Assembly: GCA_017654855.1 (NCBI GenBank)
Contig: CM030332.1
Location: forward strand, 992,001-1,056,000
From: Podospora anserina
Taxonomy: Eukaryota
Reading direction: 5' to 3'
Length of the DNA stretch: 64,000 nt
Shown here in pieces: positions 40,701 through 51,813 of this stretch (positions are counted from its first letter, which is position 1; the number at the start of each line of letters is the position of its first letter). A model generated the notes under the pieces. The model was not told where the DNA came from. It did not search any database and saw only the letters and a list, made by a program, of their open reading frames with translations. The translations under genes and the position numbers were made by a program.

Positions 40701-40828
40701 CAGAGAAAACCTTGTGTGGTGGGTTGGTTGTGCAGCAGTGCCACGTCGTCATCGTCAAAAAGTCGTCATCAAAAGTCGTTACAGTCAGTCGTACATTAGT
40801 CAACCAGTCAAACGAAAAAGCCCCATTA

Positions 40829-42944
40829 CTATTGGAGCCCGGCACTGATCTTCCTCTGTGTCGTGACCGGAGACACATGGCTCGCGCTCCCTACCCGCCC
40901 GCTCGTCTTGCGAACGCCCGTGGGAGCTACGGCGCCTTGCCTCTTGGGACTGCTGCTGCCTCCGCGAACCTTGGTCAGAACCCCAGACGCGGAACTAACT
41001 CGCTGGGCTTGCTCGTAAGACTTGGTTCTGGCTGCTCCGGTGCCGATGTTCTCGATATCGTTGGACGCATCGTTGTCGACGACTTGATAGACGGTTGTGG
41101 TGGTTGTTGTTTGTTGGCTGACGGCACGCTCGCTGGTACGGCGGTCCGGAGACATTGACGCTGAAGCCTTGCGATGAGAGCGCATTCGCAAATACAACTC
41201 CTCGTCCGACTCGTTGCCCTGCGACGTCCGGTGCATTGAGATGATCTCGGTTTGGGTCTCCTCGACGGCGCGCTCCTCCTCGACAGTAGCGACAACACTG
41301 GCGGTGTTGCGGCCATACCCAGCACGAGCAGTCTTTCTCGGTTGACCTGGTGTCGGCGCAGGAAGATAGTCTTCCTTGTTGTCCCGAGCATTGTCAACCG
41401 AATCCATCTCGCCGAGTGGTGTGCGCCCTGCGCGGTTGGGAGGGGTGGCGACGCCATTCTTGCTCGCACCACGAGCAGCCTTTTGGACCGCACGGTTGGG
41501 AGTCTGGGGTACACCCTTGGCCGCGTTGGCAGCCATCTCCTTGCGGAGCTTCCTCTCGATGCGCTCCTCGAGCCACCATTCCCGGAAGACACCCTGGTTC
41601 AGGTGAAGCCAGTGCTGCTGGGGGCCAACGACCATGCCCGGACGCATGAAGCGCATGTAGGCGATGACCTCGTTGGCGGTGAAGCCATATCTGTAAATGA
41701 GGTAGGCACCAATCAAGCAGCCAGTGCGACCGAGACCAGCCTTGCAGTGAACAGCAATGCCCTTCTTCCTGACCGTGATCATCTCGTGAGCCAAGCGAAT
41801 GAATTTGCGCACAGTGGAAAGAGGTGGGCAGGTGCCGTCCTCGAAGATCATGTCGATGTGCTGGATGCCAAGAGCCTCAAAGTACGAGGCATTGTAGAGA
41901 ACCGAGTTGAGGCGAACCACGAGTCCAATATTCCTCTCGGTAAAGTGTGTCAAGACATTGCGAAGGGGCTGGTTGATAAAGGCGTCCGACTCGATCTGGG
42001 CAAGGTTCTTTGGAAGCAGCTCCCAACCTTCCGTGCCTTCTGGCGTCTTGGCCACCTCGGCGGTCTGTGGGGAAGCAAAAGCAAGGAAGCTGGGCGAGAT
42101 CCAGTTGAAATCGCCGTTCTCGACCCGCTCAAACTTTTCGTATTCGTCGAGATCAAAGTTCTCAAGAACGCAGCAGCCCTCCTCCTTGGCCTTCCACACA
42201 CCATAAACGACATCCTGGACAGTGATGCCATAGTCGGCCTGACTATAGCCGGCATCTCTGAAAGGCATGAGGGGGGGGTCGACTTGCGCAACAGGCGCGA
42301 GGGCCAAATGTGGTGGCCATGACTGAATCAAAACCATGTAGCAAGCGAGAAGGCAAGAAGCATTGGCACGGCCTACGAACAAGTGGTTAGAATGGAGAAG
42401 AAAGCTTTCAGACACAAGATCAAACATACTGCGAGGATCAGCTCTGCTCCAGAAAACAATGGGCCTGTCCTTGTTCTCCTTCGCTCCGAGGATCTCGTGG
42501 AACTGCAGCGCAAAGCGGTAGAGATGTCCAATGTGAAGCGGGCCAAAGTCGTGGTGGAAGGCGTTGTAGAGAAGAGTATCATCTACTGTGAAATAGTAGG
42601 GCTGCTTGTAGTCTTGGGCGGGAGTGGGCTCGACATTGCGCTGCGATCGCTTCCTAGGCGACCGAGGAGCTTGGTCGGGGTAGGGAAACAACGTGTTGGC
42701 ATCGGGCGCCTCAGTGTAAGCGGCGAGATATAAGCGGTCTTTTTGAATTGTCAGCCAGGTGATCGGGTAGCCAGGGAGAGGTAAAGAATATTTGACAATT
42801 CTGCGGTGACGATGCTGAAGATAACGAGACTCCATGATCCGGTGATACAAGATGCAAAACAAGCCATTGGCAACAATTGAACATACCAGGAATGTACTCG
42901 ATAATTTGCCCCATATTGCTGGCGTAGCGGGTGGAAGGTGCCAT
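40829..42944 (-). CDS. CDC14: Dual-specificity phosphatase Cdc14; exons 42944-42887, 42738-42430, 42372-40829
   Basis: IEYIP|DRLYLA, DFGPLHIGHLY, PFRDAG, ENGDFNWI, FEDGTCP, catalytic VHCKAGLGRTG and RPGMVVGPQQ. Confidence 0.96.
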
Positions 42945-43854
42945 CTCTTCGTGGCTCGTCGCTGCGGTCGACGGTGGTGGGATATTCGGTAGGTGAGAAT
43001 GCGCGCAAGTGCATGTACCCGTGGCGGCTTCTCGACTTTCGATCAACAATGCAGGTCAAGGTTGCTGCTTTCCAAATGATGCTCTTTTTCTAGAAATTGG
43101 TCGCAGTGGGTGGGGGGTAAAAGGTAAGGGAGGCAGGTGTCGTTGAAGTCGGTGAGGACGCGCAAAACCGGTTCTACTGCAAGAATAAGGGTGGCTGGGG
43201 ACTGATGTCAACAACGACTGGGGTCGACAATGCGCGCGAAGGAACCTAAGGTAGGCTGGGAAGAACCTTGGCTCTCTCTCTGTTAAGACCAACGACGGCC
43301 GGCGGCGCAAAAAGCAGTGACGATGATGCTGTTTGCAATTGGGAAGGAGAGCATGTGGGCAGCCTTCGTTTTGCGAGAGAGGTTTTATCGACAGGAGCCA
43401 GTGACCCAAGTGTATTTTGACCTTTGTTATTCCAGCCCATTTGCACGGGGGTCTCGTCTCCAGGGGACCGCTCCACAACAACGGCAAAATCGGGTCGCTC
43501 TGCCCTCGTGGACCAATCAGATTTCTCATTTTCGTTTCCAGATTCTCATCACCACAGCAACCAGCCCCCAAGCTTCCCTCCCCACATCAGTTAAGCTCGC
43601 TAAGGGCCATCACAGACAGGGGTTTTTAGGTAGCGACCCTTCGCCCCCCTTCCACACTGTTGGCATTCCTCAGCTATCTTATCGCCCGAAACCTGCCCCA
43701 CCATCCGCAGCACCACGCTCTTCAGCATCGTCATCCGTCACAAGCCAGTAGCTCCGCCCTTGACGAACTTTTACACTTTCGTTAGCTGCCAGACCATCTT
43801 TTTCTCCTCTTCCTAGTCCAGGAAACAGAAAAAGAAGACAGAAAAGTAGCAACC

Positions 43855-44260
43855 ATGTCAACCGAATTAACTTATCCCTGTTCTCTGTATGTCTTTTTCC
43901 CCCATCTGATCTGGTGTGTCTAGCAAGATGAGCGCAATCTAAAAGAATTACCCCGCCACTAATCCATCACTGCTTGCTTGCTTTCAACACAGAAGCCTCG
44001 ATGTGCCCTTTCCCGACGCAAGACTTGCCAATGTTGCGCTCCAGGCTCTCCGAGTAGACAAGGAACTGTCTGCGCTCGTTCAAAAGGAGTTATCGGCCGT
44101 TGACTCGACGCTCAAAGTTCGGTACAAGGCGACAACAAACAGGATGCTGCGCGTGGCTGTCAACTCGTTCTTTGACAGCTTGGCTCTTGTGTTGGAGGTG
44201 ATGGAACAGTTGGATGTGGATGTAATAGAGGCCAGAAAGGCGGAAGAAGAGACTGGTTGA
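43855..44260 (+). CDS. PCC1: EKC/KEOPS subunit Pcc1; exons 43855-43886, 43993-44260
   Basis: Spliced product MSTELTYPCSL|SLDVPFPDARLANVALQALRVDKELS...RMLRVAVNSFFDSL matches the Pcc1 pattern. Confidence 0.9.
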
Positions 44261-44450
44261 AACGGCAAGCTGCAACTGTGAATCGCCAGAAACATGAGGC
44301 AACTCAAACCACCGTGCCGAGCCGCAAGAGATGATGGGGACGGTCAAGACTATTAGGCATGTGAAAGTTAACTGTGCAGCCTATAGAGAAAGGCGCGTTT
44401 GCTGCATTGCTAGCCTCAAGAGGCACAGCATCACGGGAGCATTCGCCGGA

Positions 44451-44486
44451 ACATCAACATCAACATCAACATCAACATCAACATCA
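44451..44486. repeat. Hexanucleotide microsatellite (ACATCA)6 between the convergent PCC1 and WDR5-like 3' ends
   Basis: Read directly. Confidence 0.9.
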
Positions 44487-44564
44487 CCAGGGGCACGACA
44501 AAGGCGTTTGTAGGCCACCAGACATATCCTGGGACGGGTATCTTTTGACGTTAATAAATGGCAC

Positions 44565-46264
44565 TTAAATCTGCTCCTGCTTTACCAACTCATCTTCAAT
44601 CTGCCTTTGCAGCTCCATCTCAATATCAACAGCCATTGCATCGTTGTCGTCCGGGGCAACCCCGTTTTCTTCTGCATGACCATTCATCCCATTTGGTGTG
44701 GTACCATTCGGCTGGGCCTCGGGCTGCCGGCTTGGCTGGTGTCTAAACACTTTGATGGTGTTGTCCTGCCCACAGCTGACCATTGTCTTGCCGTTGACAT
44801 CCACCCAGAAGCACACGCCATCGTGCGCCCCAGTGATCCGTTGGACAATCATCTTGTCTACAACATCCCACATGACAATGTCGCCGTCCTCGCTGGCTGA
44901 CACTATGAAGGGTTGCGGCTTGTCGTCTTCGTCTGGCTCGTATCCATCCTCGGCGTAGGTAACAGCGCCAAAACACCCCCCGATAGAGAACCCCTTGTTC
45001 TTGTGACCTTGATATGTCTTCTTGACCGTACCAGATACGTAGTCCCACAGTCGAATCGAGTTGTCAAGGTTGAAGGCTAGAACGAACCTTCCGTTGGGGC
45101 TGAAGCAGACGTTGGTGACGGCTGGGTTGTCTTCGTGGACTAGTGTTCTAAGACATTGCCCAGTTGAAGTGTCCCAGACACGACTGTGGGCGCAAACAAC
45201 CTTGTGTTAGTGATCGATCAATGAAGGCGGCAGGCGGTTAGGGATAACACTTGCATCAATCCATCCGTACTGCAGCTCACCACCAACGTCCCGTCGTTAC
45301 AGAACCCAATCCCGCTCACTGGATCACTGTGCGCAGGTAAACTCCTCATCAACCGCCCAGCTCTGACGTCCCATAAGAAAACCGCCTCGTCATAGCTCCC
45401 GCTTGCCAGAATGTTGCCTTTTGGTGAAAAGGCCAGACAGTAAACGTAGTTGTGATGGCCCAATAACGGACCGTTACCAGTTCTCCCTCCTCGTATCGTG
45501 GACGAGCCTCTGTATTCTTTTCCGGTAGCATCCGGCGTAGAGTGCGCAGCATGCGCCGGGTTCCCTGTTAACCTGTCCCATAACCTGATAGCTTTGTCGT
45601 CGGACCCCGTGGCGATGGTGTTGCTGTCGGGCGCCCAAGCCAAACAAGAAATACCGGCCATGTGCCCGACGATGGTGTCCAAGCACTCTCCCGTAGCGGC
45701 GTCCCATATCTTTACTGTGGCATCGGCCGAGGCAGAGGCGATCCAACACCCGTCGGGGGAGATGCGTACTTGGGAGATGGCTTTCATGTGCCCCTTGAGG
45801 CAGAGGTGAGGTTGGTAGTTTGGTCTGATAGGCGGTCGGTGGATGGATGGGGGGGTCGGTTGGGCAGACTGTGAACGGGATATGGACTGGGAACGGGATC
45901 GGGAGCGTGATTGTGATCTAGAGTATGGTGTTTGGGAGCGGGATCTCGATCTGGATAAGGATCTTGATCTCGACCGTGAACGAGACCGAGATCTTGACCG
46001 TGAGCCATCACGGGAGGATGTAGGTGATCGGGAATTGTATCTTTCTCTGCTTTGGCTGCGCGAGGCCCGCTCGCGACGTATTGAAAGACCTTGGGTCTGT
46101 TGGACGAGGCTGCCATCGTGGGGTGGGGTGCTGTCGCGTGCACCATCAAGGTTGCCAGGCGAGCTGTACCGTGGTGTTGAGTCCATGCTGTCGCCGTCTA
46201 CTCGGCGTCGCTTTGAAGGTGGTTCCGGAAAAGGGGTCGCCGTGGTAGAGTCGAGCGTTGACAT
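44565..46264 (-). CDS. SWD3: WDR5/Swd3-like WD40 protein with an N-terminal RS domain; exons 46264-45255, 45183-44565 (GC-AG intron)
   Basis: GHMKAISQVRISPDG, SASADATVKIWD, GHHNYVYCLAFSPKG, LPAHSDPVSG, DGLI|RVWDTSTGQCLRTL and KKTYQGHKN, all characteristic of WDR5. Confidence 0.85.
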
Positions 46265-46768
46265 TGTTTTGTTTCGGCGAGGAACTGGTTCAAAGGGAGC
46301 TCCGACAGCCTGCCTGCCGGAAAAGTTTCCAGGTCGCGAAGCCGATCGCTGACGGCCGCGTTGAACGTTGCAGTTGACGGGACGTGACAGGGGGCTTTTG
46401 CGCTAAAATCTTGGTTGGATCTGCTGCCGCCGGCCATTGGCCAATTCTAGACCGTTGGCCGGGGATTATTTTCAGGCGCGCACAGGCACTGAAGGGACAC
46501 GGCAGGGAAAACCCAGAGTTGGTGGATGCCATTGGACGAGATTGGGGACGTCGGGGAGGTGCTTGAAGCTCTCTTCTTTCATCAAACATATCTGCTTCGT
46601 ATTAAGGGAGTTTTTATACATTGCGAGGGGTGCATATGTTATGAGATATATCTCATGTGAAGCTTCTTATTTTCTTTGAGCTTCAAACCATCTTTCTGTC
46701 AACAACAAACAGACGCGAAGCTGCCAAACACAATCTCGTACGAAACATATCAACAATCTTGAAGGACC

Positions 46769-48435
46769 ATGGAAGAGTTACCGACAGAGCTCAACATCGT
46801 GACGCTCAATTGCTGGGGCCTCAAATTCATCTCCAAGCTGCGCAATGAACGCTTGACCGAAATCGGACGTCAACTTGCGATAGCGGACCCTTCACCACAC
46901 ATCGTCTGCTTACAAGAATGCTTCACTCAGGAGGATTACAAGGCCATCCGACGTGAGACGCGCTTCATTCTCCCCTATGGGAAGTTTTACTTCAGCGGGC
47001 CTTTCGGAGGAGGACTCGCCATTCTCTCAAAATGGCCGATTGAAGAGAGCACTCTGTTTCGCTACCCACTGAACGGCCGGCCGACGGCTTTCTGGCGTGG
47101 AGATTGGTATGTCGGAAAAGGGGTGGCCTGCGCAAAGATTCGCTATGGGCCGGCGGCGAAGCAGGTGATTGAGGTGTTCTGTACTCACACTCACTCGCCA
47201 TATGAGGCTGGTCAACCCGACGATTCATATCTCGCCCAGAGACTCGCGCAGTCATGGGAGATATCAAAACTGCTTCGCGGAGCTGCTGAGCGTGGTCATC
47301 TGGTGCTTGGTTGCGGTGACTTCAACATGATTCCCATGTCACTGGAACATCAACTTGTTACCGCCAACACACCTGTTCGCGATGTCTGGAGGGTTTTGCA
47401 CCCAGACAGCTCTCTCGGGCCAGCAGATCACCCGGCCGAAAAGGCTCGCCGCCGCCCAATACCAACTGCAGGGTTCAACATTGAGGAGAATGGCGCCGCT
47501 TCAGACGGTCCATATTGCACATGGCGGTGGACCAAAGAACAGCAGAAGCTCCTCGGCCCAGGAAAACCCCCAGTCACCGTCCCCCCTGACACTATCGGTA
47601 TGCCCCTTCATTACTCAACTCGACGTAATCAACCCACTAACAACCCCCAGACCGCCGCGGTAAACGCCTCGACTACATCTTCGCCGGCTCAGGCGACATC
47701 GCCTCCCTCAACGGCGGCTGGGTCGTCAAGGCCGCCCGCGTAGGCATGATGATGCGCCACCCAGAACTAGGCTGCTCCCTCAGCGACCACTTTGCTGTCG
47801 AAGCCACCCTCGCCTTCCACCCTCTGTCCTCTTCCTCGGCACAGTCCAGCAGTAAAGCACCGCCAAACGGCAACAAGCCCGCCCCCGCGGACGAGTCCCT
47901 CATCCTCAAAGCGCCCCCCAAAATCCGCCAACCTGGCCAAGACGACGCCAGCACCATCCCCGACACCGACGACAAGTACGTCCAAGACGGAACCTACCTC
48001 CAGTCTCCCACCCCCTCGTCCATCAGGGACAATTCTTCATTTGACGCCCAGCTTTTGTCCTTCCTGACCGCCGATCACCTCCAGCTGCCAACCTCGGCGT
48101 ATGATTTTATTTTGCAGGAGATCCACAAGTATAGACTCCGGGAGGAGAAGCAGAAGAAGTGGAGGGGGTGGCACTTTTTGGGGTCGTTGGCTGTGTTGGT
48201 CGGCTGTTTGGTTGGGGTGTGGTGGTCACCGGCGAACTATGTCGCTTTTGTGCTGGTGCTGGTGAGCAGCTTGAGCCTTGTTGCGGGAACGGTGGATGGG
48301 TTGATGAGTTTGTTGTTTTTCAGGAGCGAGCTGGGGGCGTTGAGGGAGTTTGAGTGGGAGGTTGTGAATGCTAAACTGAGTGCTGGGGGTGGGGTGCCGA
48401 CTGCGGATGGGGAGGGGGAGGAGAGAGGGTGGTGA
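46769..48435 (+). CDS. ISC1: Inositol phosphosphingolipid phospholipase C (neutral sphingomyelinase); exons 46769-47597, 47651-48435
   Basis: TLNCWGL, CLQE, GLAILSKWPI, P-loop-like GDWYVGKG, GDFN, KRLDYIF, SDHFAV and two C-terminal transmembrane helices. Confidence 0.93.
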
Positions 48436-48818
48436 TGTTGGTGTAGGAAAAGGAGAAGAAGGTTGGGTGGGATGATAATTAATTCATAATAATGGAAGAG
48501 GTGGGGGTGATGAGATGGATGATGTGCATGAGGTGTTTATATACCCGGGGAGCTATCTGGTCACGAGTAATATCATTTTCTATCCCCATTTCCATACCTT
48601 GACAGCTATCAACATGGTCATCTTACTTTAGGGATTACATTACTGCTCATCAACACGCTACCCATCTAACCCGATGACCCAAAGGCGAAGTACCTAAACG
48701 CACAAACAGGAACCGGAAAACTCATCTTTCATGGCAAATGAACCATCTATATAGCCCCCTTTCCCTCTATAACAAATGACACACACTTAAAAAGAAATAT
48801 ACAACCCATATCCCCACC

Positions 48819-50779
48819 CTAAACAGGCACCCCATCCACCACCCTCCCATACTCCCAATTCTCCCCGCTCAACTCCCCATGGCAAGCCTCCTCGTATCTC
48901 GCCATCTTCGCCATCCTCTCCTGCGCCTTCAAAAATGCCCCCAACTCACACCACCCATCCTTCCTCGCCCCATCGCACTCCTCCAAGCTCCACCCCAAAT
49001 GCACCGTCCTTTGGTTTAGCACAAAATGGACATACTCCGTCTCTTTCCCTATCTCATCCACCTCCCGATTCGCCAGAACCGGTTTTTGAGTTTTGATAAT
49101 CTCGATGTCGAGCCTGGCACCAAACGGCGTCATGTCCGACACGGTAAAGTTATGCTGACCTGGGTACTTGAGCGGGTCGAGTGTGGCCCCGAACTGCGTC
49201 AGGCCAAAGGCAGCCAGGATGCTGATGATGTTGGTGTCGTGGGAAAAGTCAAAGTAGAGAGACTGGTTCAGGGGAAATGTGCCGGTGTTGTTGTCGAGGG
49301 TGACGTTGATCTGGGAGCCTGAGTACCCTAGGGTGCGGTTCTGGAGGCGGGCAACGACTTCTTGCTGGTAGCCAAGGCCGATCGCTCTCTGTTACACATC
49401 ATTAGTAAAGATCAAGAGAGGGTAGCGTGTGATGAAGACCTACTCCAGCCGGCGATCCAAATCCATCGTTTCCGTAAAAGTTGAGATCGATCGAGTACCC
49501 GAAATGAAGCCACTCTTCATATGTAAACAACTCGCAGAACTTGCTGAAGCCGTATGCCACCTATCCTCATGTCAGCCGTACGCATCCTCATCACCAAGTC
49601 AAATACTCACAGTCTCATATGGACACATTGTCTGCGCAGCGTATGTATCCTCAACCGTCCACTCGTACCCTTCAACCAACTTCGCCAGCCTCTCCGTTGC
49701 TATTTCTCGTCAGCAAACTCCCTTCACCCATCCCTTTTGCTTCAACTCACCATTCTGCAAGTAAACCCCAATCCACTTCTCCTGCGCCTTGGACCCCCCA
49801 TTCACCTTGTTCCCATTCGGGCAGTTCAAATACCCAGCCAGACTATTATTGTACCCAGCATCCTCAATGATAACCTCAATCGTCGCATTGCTCGTCCACC
49901 CCAACCCAAAGAACCCCGCCATAAAATTCTCGGCCGACTTCAACATCCTGTCCTGCGTCGTCGTCCGCACAATAATCTTGCTGTTAGGATTATACAGCTT
50001 CCCATACATGTACGCATGCAAAACCCCCGAATCATACAACTCCTGCCTCCCCTTCGGCACCAGTATCTCCTGCCCCAACTCATACCTCCACTCATTCAAA
50101 AACCCTAGATCACCACTCGTCTTGAACCCCCCCTTCTTCTTCGCCTCCCCGATCCTCCTCCCCAACCCATCAACATTGCTCCCAACAGTCGGGTACCGAC
50201 TCCCATGCCTAGACACCATCTGAACCTGCACAATCTCCGCCCCCTCCGGCAAAGGCCACTCCTCGACCCCAAACCCCTTAGCCGGTCTATACGGCGTCAA
50301 AAACCCCATCTCCCCAAAGATACTCCCCCCCTTCTCACTCCCATCCCCACCCCGCACCGGCACCTGCGTCTGCAACGGCTCGTTCGGAACCCAAGTCTTC
50401 CCATCTTCCACGCCCCACTCCCTCGTCTGGGCCAAAAAACCCGGCTTGCCAGTAGCAGTTGGCCCAGCCCATTTCCCGTCCTCAGTATTAAAGTACTGAG
50501 GCACAGTACTAGTCGGTTCGCACCCCCCACCACCAGGCCCAGGAACAATAAACTTACCGTTTGGTTTCGTGGCTGATGGGGAGGGCGAAGGCGAGGAGTG
50601 ATACCCAAACAGGGAACCATCCCCCGTAAACAACGCCACCAGCAGCACCAGTGGCAACGACACCAGAAACGACAGCGAGAAGGTGACTACATCCCTCCTG
50701 TAGATTCTGAACGCGCGGGGGTCAAAGTTTCGGGGTGTGGGAGGGAGTGGTTTGCCAGCTAGATCGTCCATTGCGTAGA

Positions 50780-50816
<37 letters not shown>

Positions 50817-50873
50817 GCTGTCGTGGTCGGTGGTCGACACAGGGGCATACCCCGATGTGGCCGGGTTGCGCAT
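48819..50873 (-). CDS. Histidine acid phosphatase / 3-phytase-like, type II membrane anchored; exons 50873-49751, 49699-49611, 49560-49444, 49388-48819
   Basis: RHGSRYP catalytic motif and FSHDTNI. An internal hydrophobic segment (VVTFSLSFLVSLPLVLLVALF) follows a polar N-tail. Three 50-55-nt GT-AG introns restore the frame. Confidence 0.92.
50782..50817. repeat. (TTG)12 microsatellite encoding poly-Asn in the phytase-like N-tail
   Basis: Read directly; in frame as N12. Confidence 0.9.
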
Positions 50874-51350
50874 TTTTGTAACAACAATCAAAACACACAG
50901 GCGCGGGCGCGCGGGCGGGCGGGTGTTCTTTGACGTGTCACAAAGGAATGAATGTCCCCCTGTGCCCTCGAACGGAAGGGAAAATAAAAAAATTAAAAAA
51001 ATTCGTACTCCCGTAACGAATGAAGAAAAGGGGGTCGAGAATGTCGACGGGTGATTGATAATGCCAAGCCCCTCAAAAGTCGGTGGGCATGTACCCCTCA
51101 AACAAATGTCAAACTCGTCATCAACTTATCCTCTCATCTCATCATCCCAACTTGTCCTTTTCCCAGTGTCGAACATGAGCAATGAATGATGAAACAAAAA
51201 AACGGGAAAAAGGAAGCAACGACCGACCGACCAACCCAATTCGCAATTTCACATGTTGGATAGAATGCACAGACCATCCAACATATAACGGGCAACCGCG
51301 ACTTACACACACCCTGGCAACTCCTTCCCTTTTGGATCTCATCTCAAACC

Positions 51351-51372
51351 ACACACACACACACACACACAC
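51351..51372. repeat. (AC)11 microsatellite
   Basis: Read directly. Confidence 0.9.
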
Positions 51373-51813
51373 CTACACAGGTCAAGTTTGACAAGAACGG
51401 CAAGTGCGACTGTTGCAGAAACTGCATGTGGCACACTCTTTCATTATGAACATTTTGTTGCAACAATTTCACAGCCTCTACAAGTAAAGCAAACGCTCCC
51501 ACGTGAGCTCACCCCTGAATTAAACCCTCATCCCCTAAATCCAGTCAACTCACTGTCATCCATCTAGTGACCATCATCTTCCGACTCTCCTAACGAGGCA
51601 GACAATCTCACAACCCAAAAATCCAACCTTTTGAAATGGCCTGACGAACACACCATTTATGATACACACATAAAATGCCAAACAGTAAAAATTCTCAATC
51701 TCATATCTCATAAATGACGGGTATCAAAAAAAAAACACCTCTTTGTGTCCCCCCTCCCAGTATGTACGCAACGCTTTTAACCCCCCCATCTTCCTCTTCT
51801 CCCTCCCCTAACC

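Noticed and set aside
9167-42741. AAG 3' splice sites in three introns (acyl-CoA synthetase, membrane protein, CDC14)
   Set aside because: AAG is a minor but normal acceptor in filamentous fungi.
10628-43992. Longer introns (BolA 111 nt, CDC14 148 nt, PCC1 106 nt) as possible stwintrons or snoRNA hosts
   Set aside because: No nested donor/acceptor arrangement preserves the frame, and no box C/D pair is seen.
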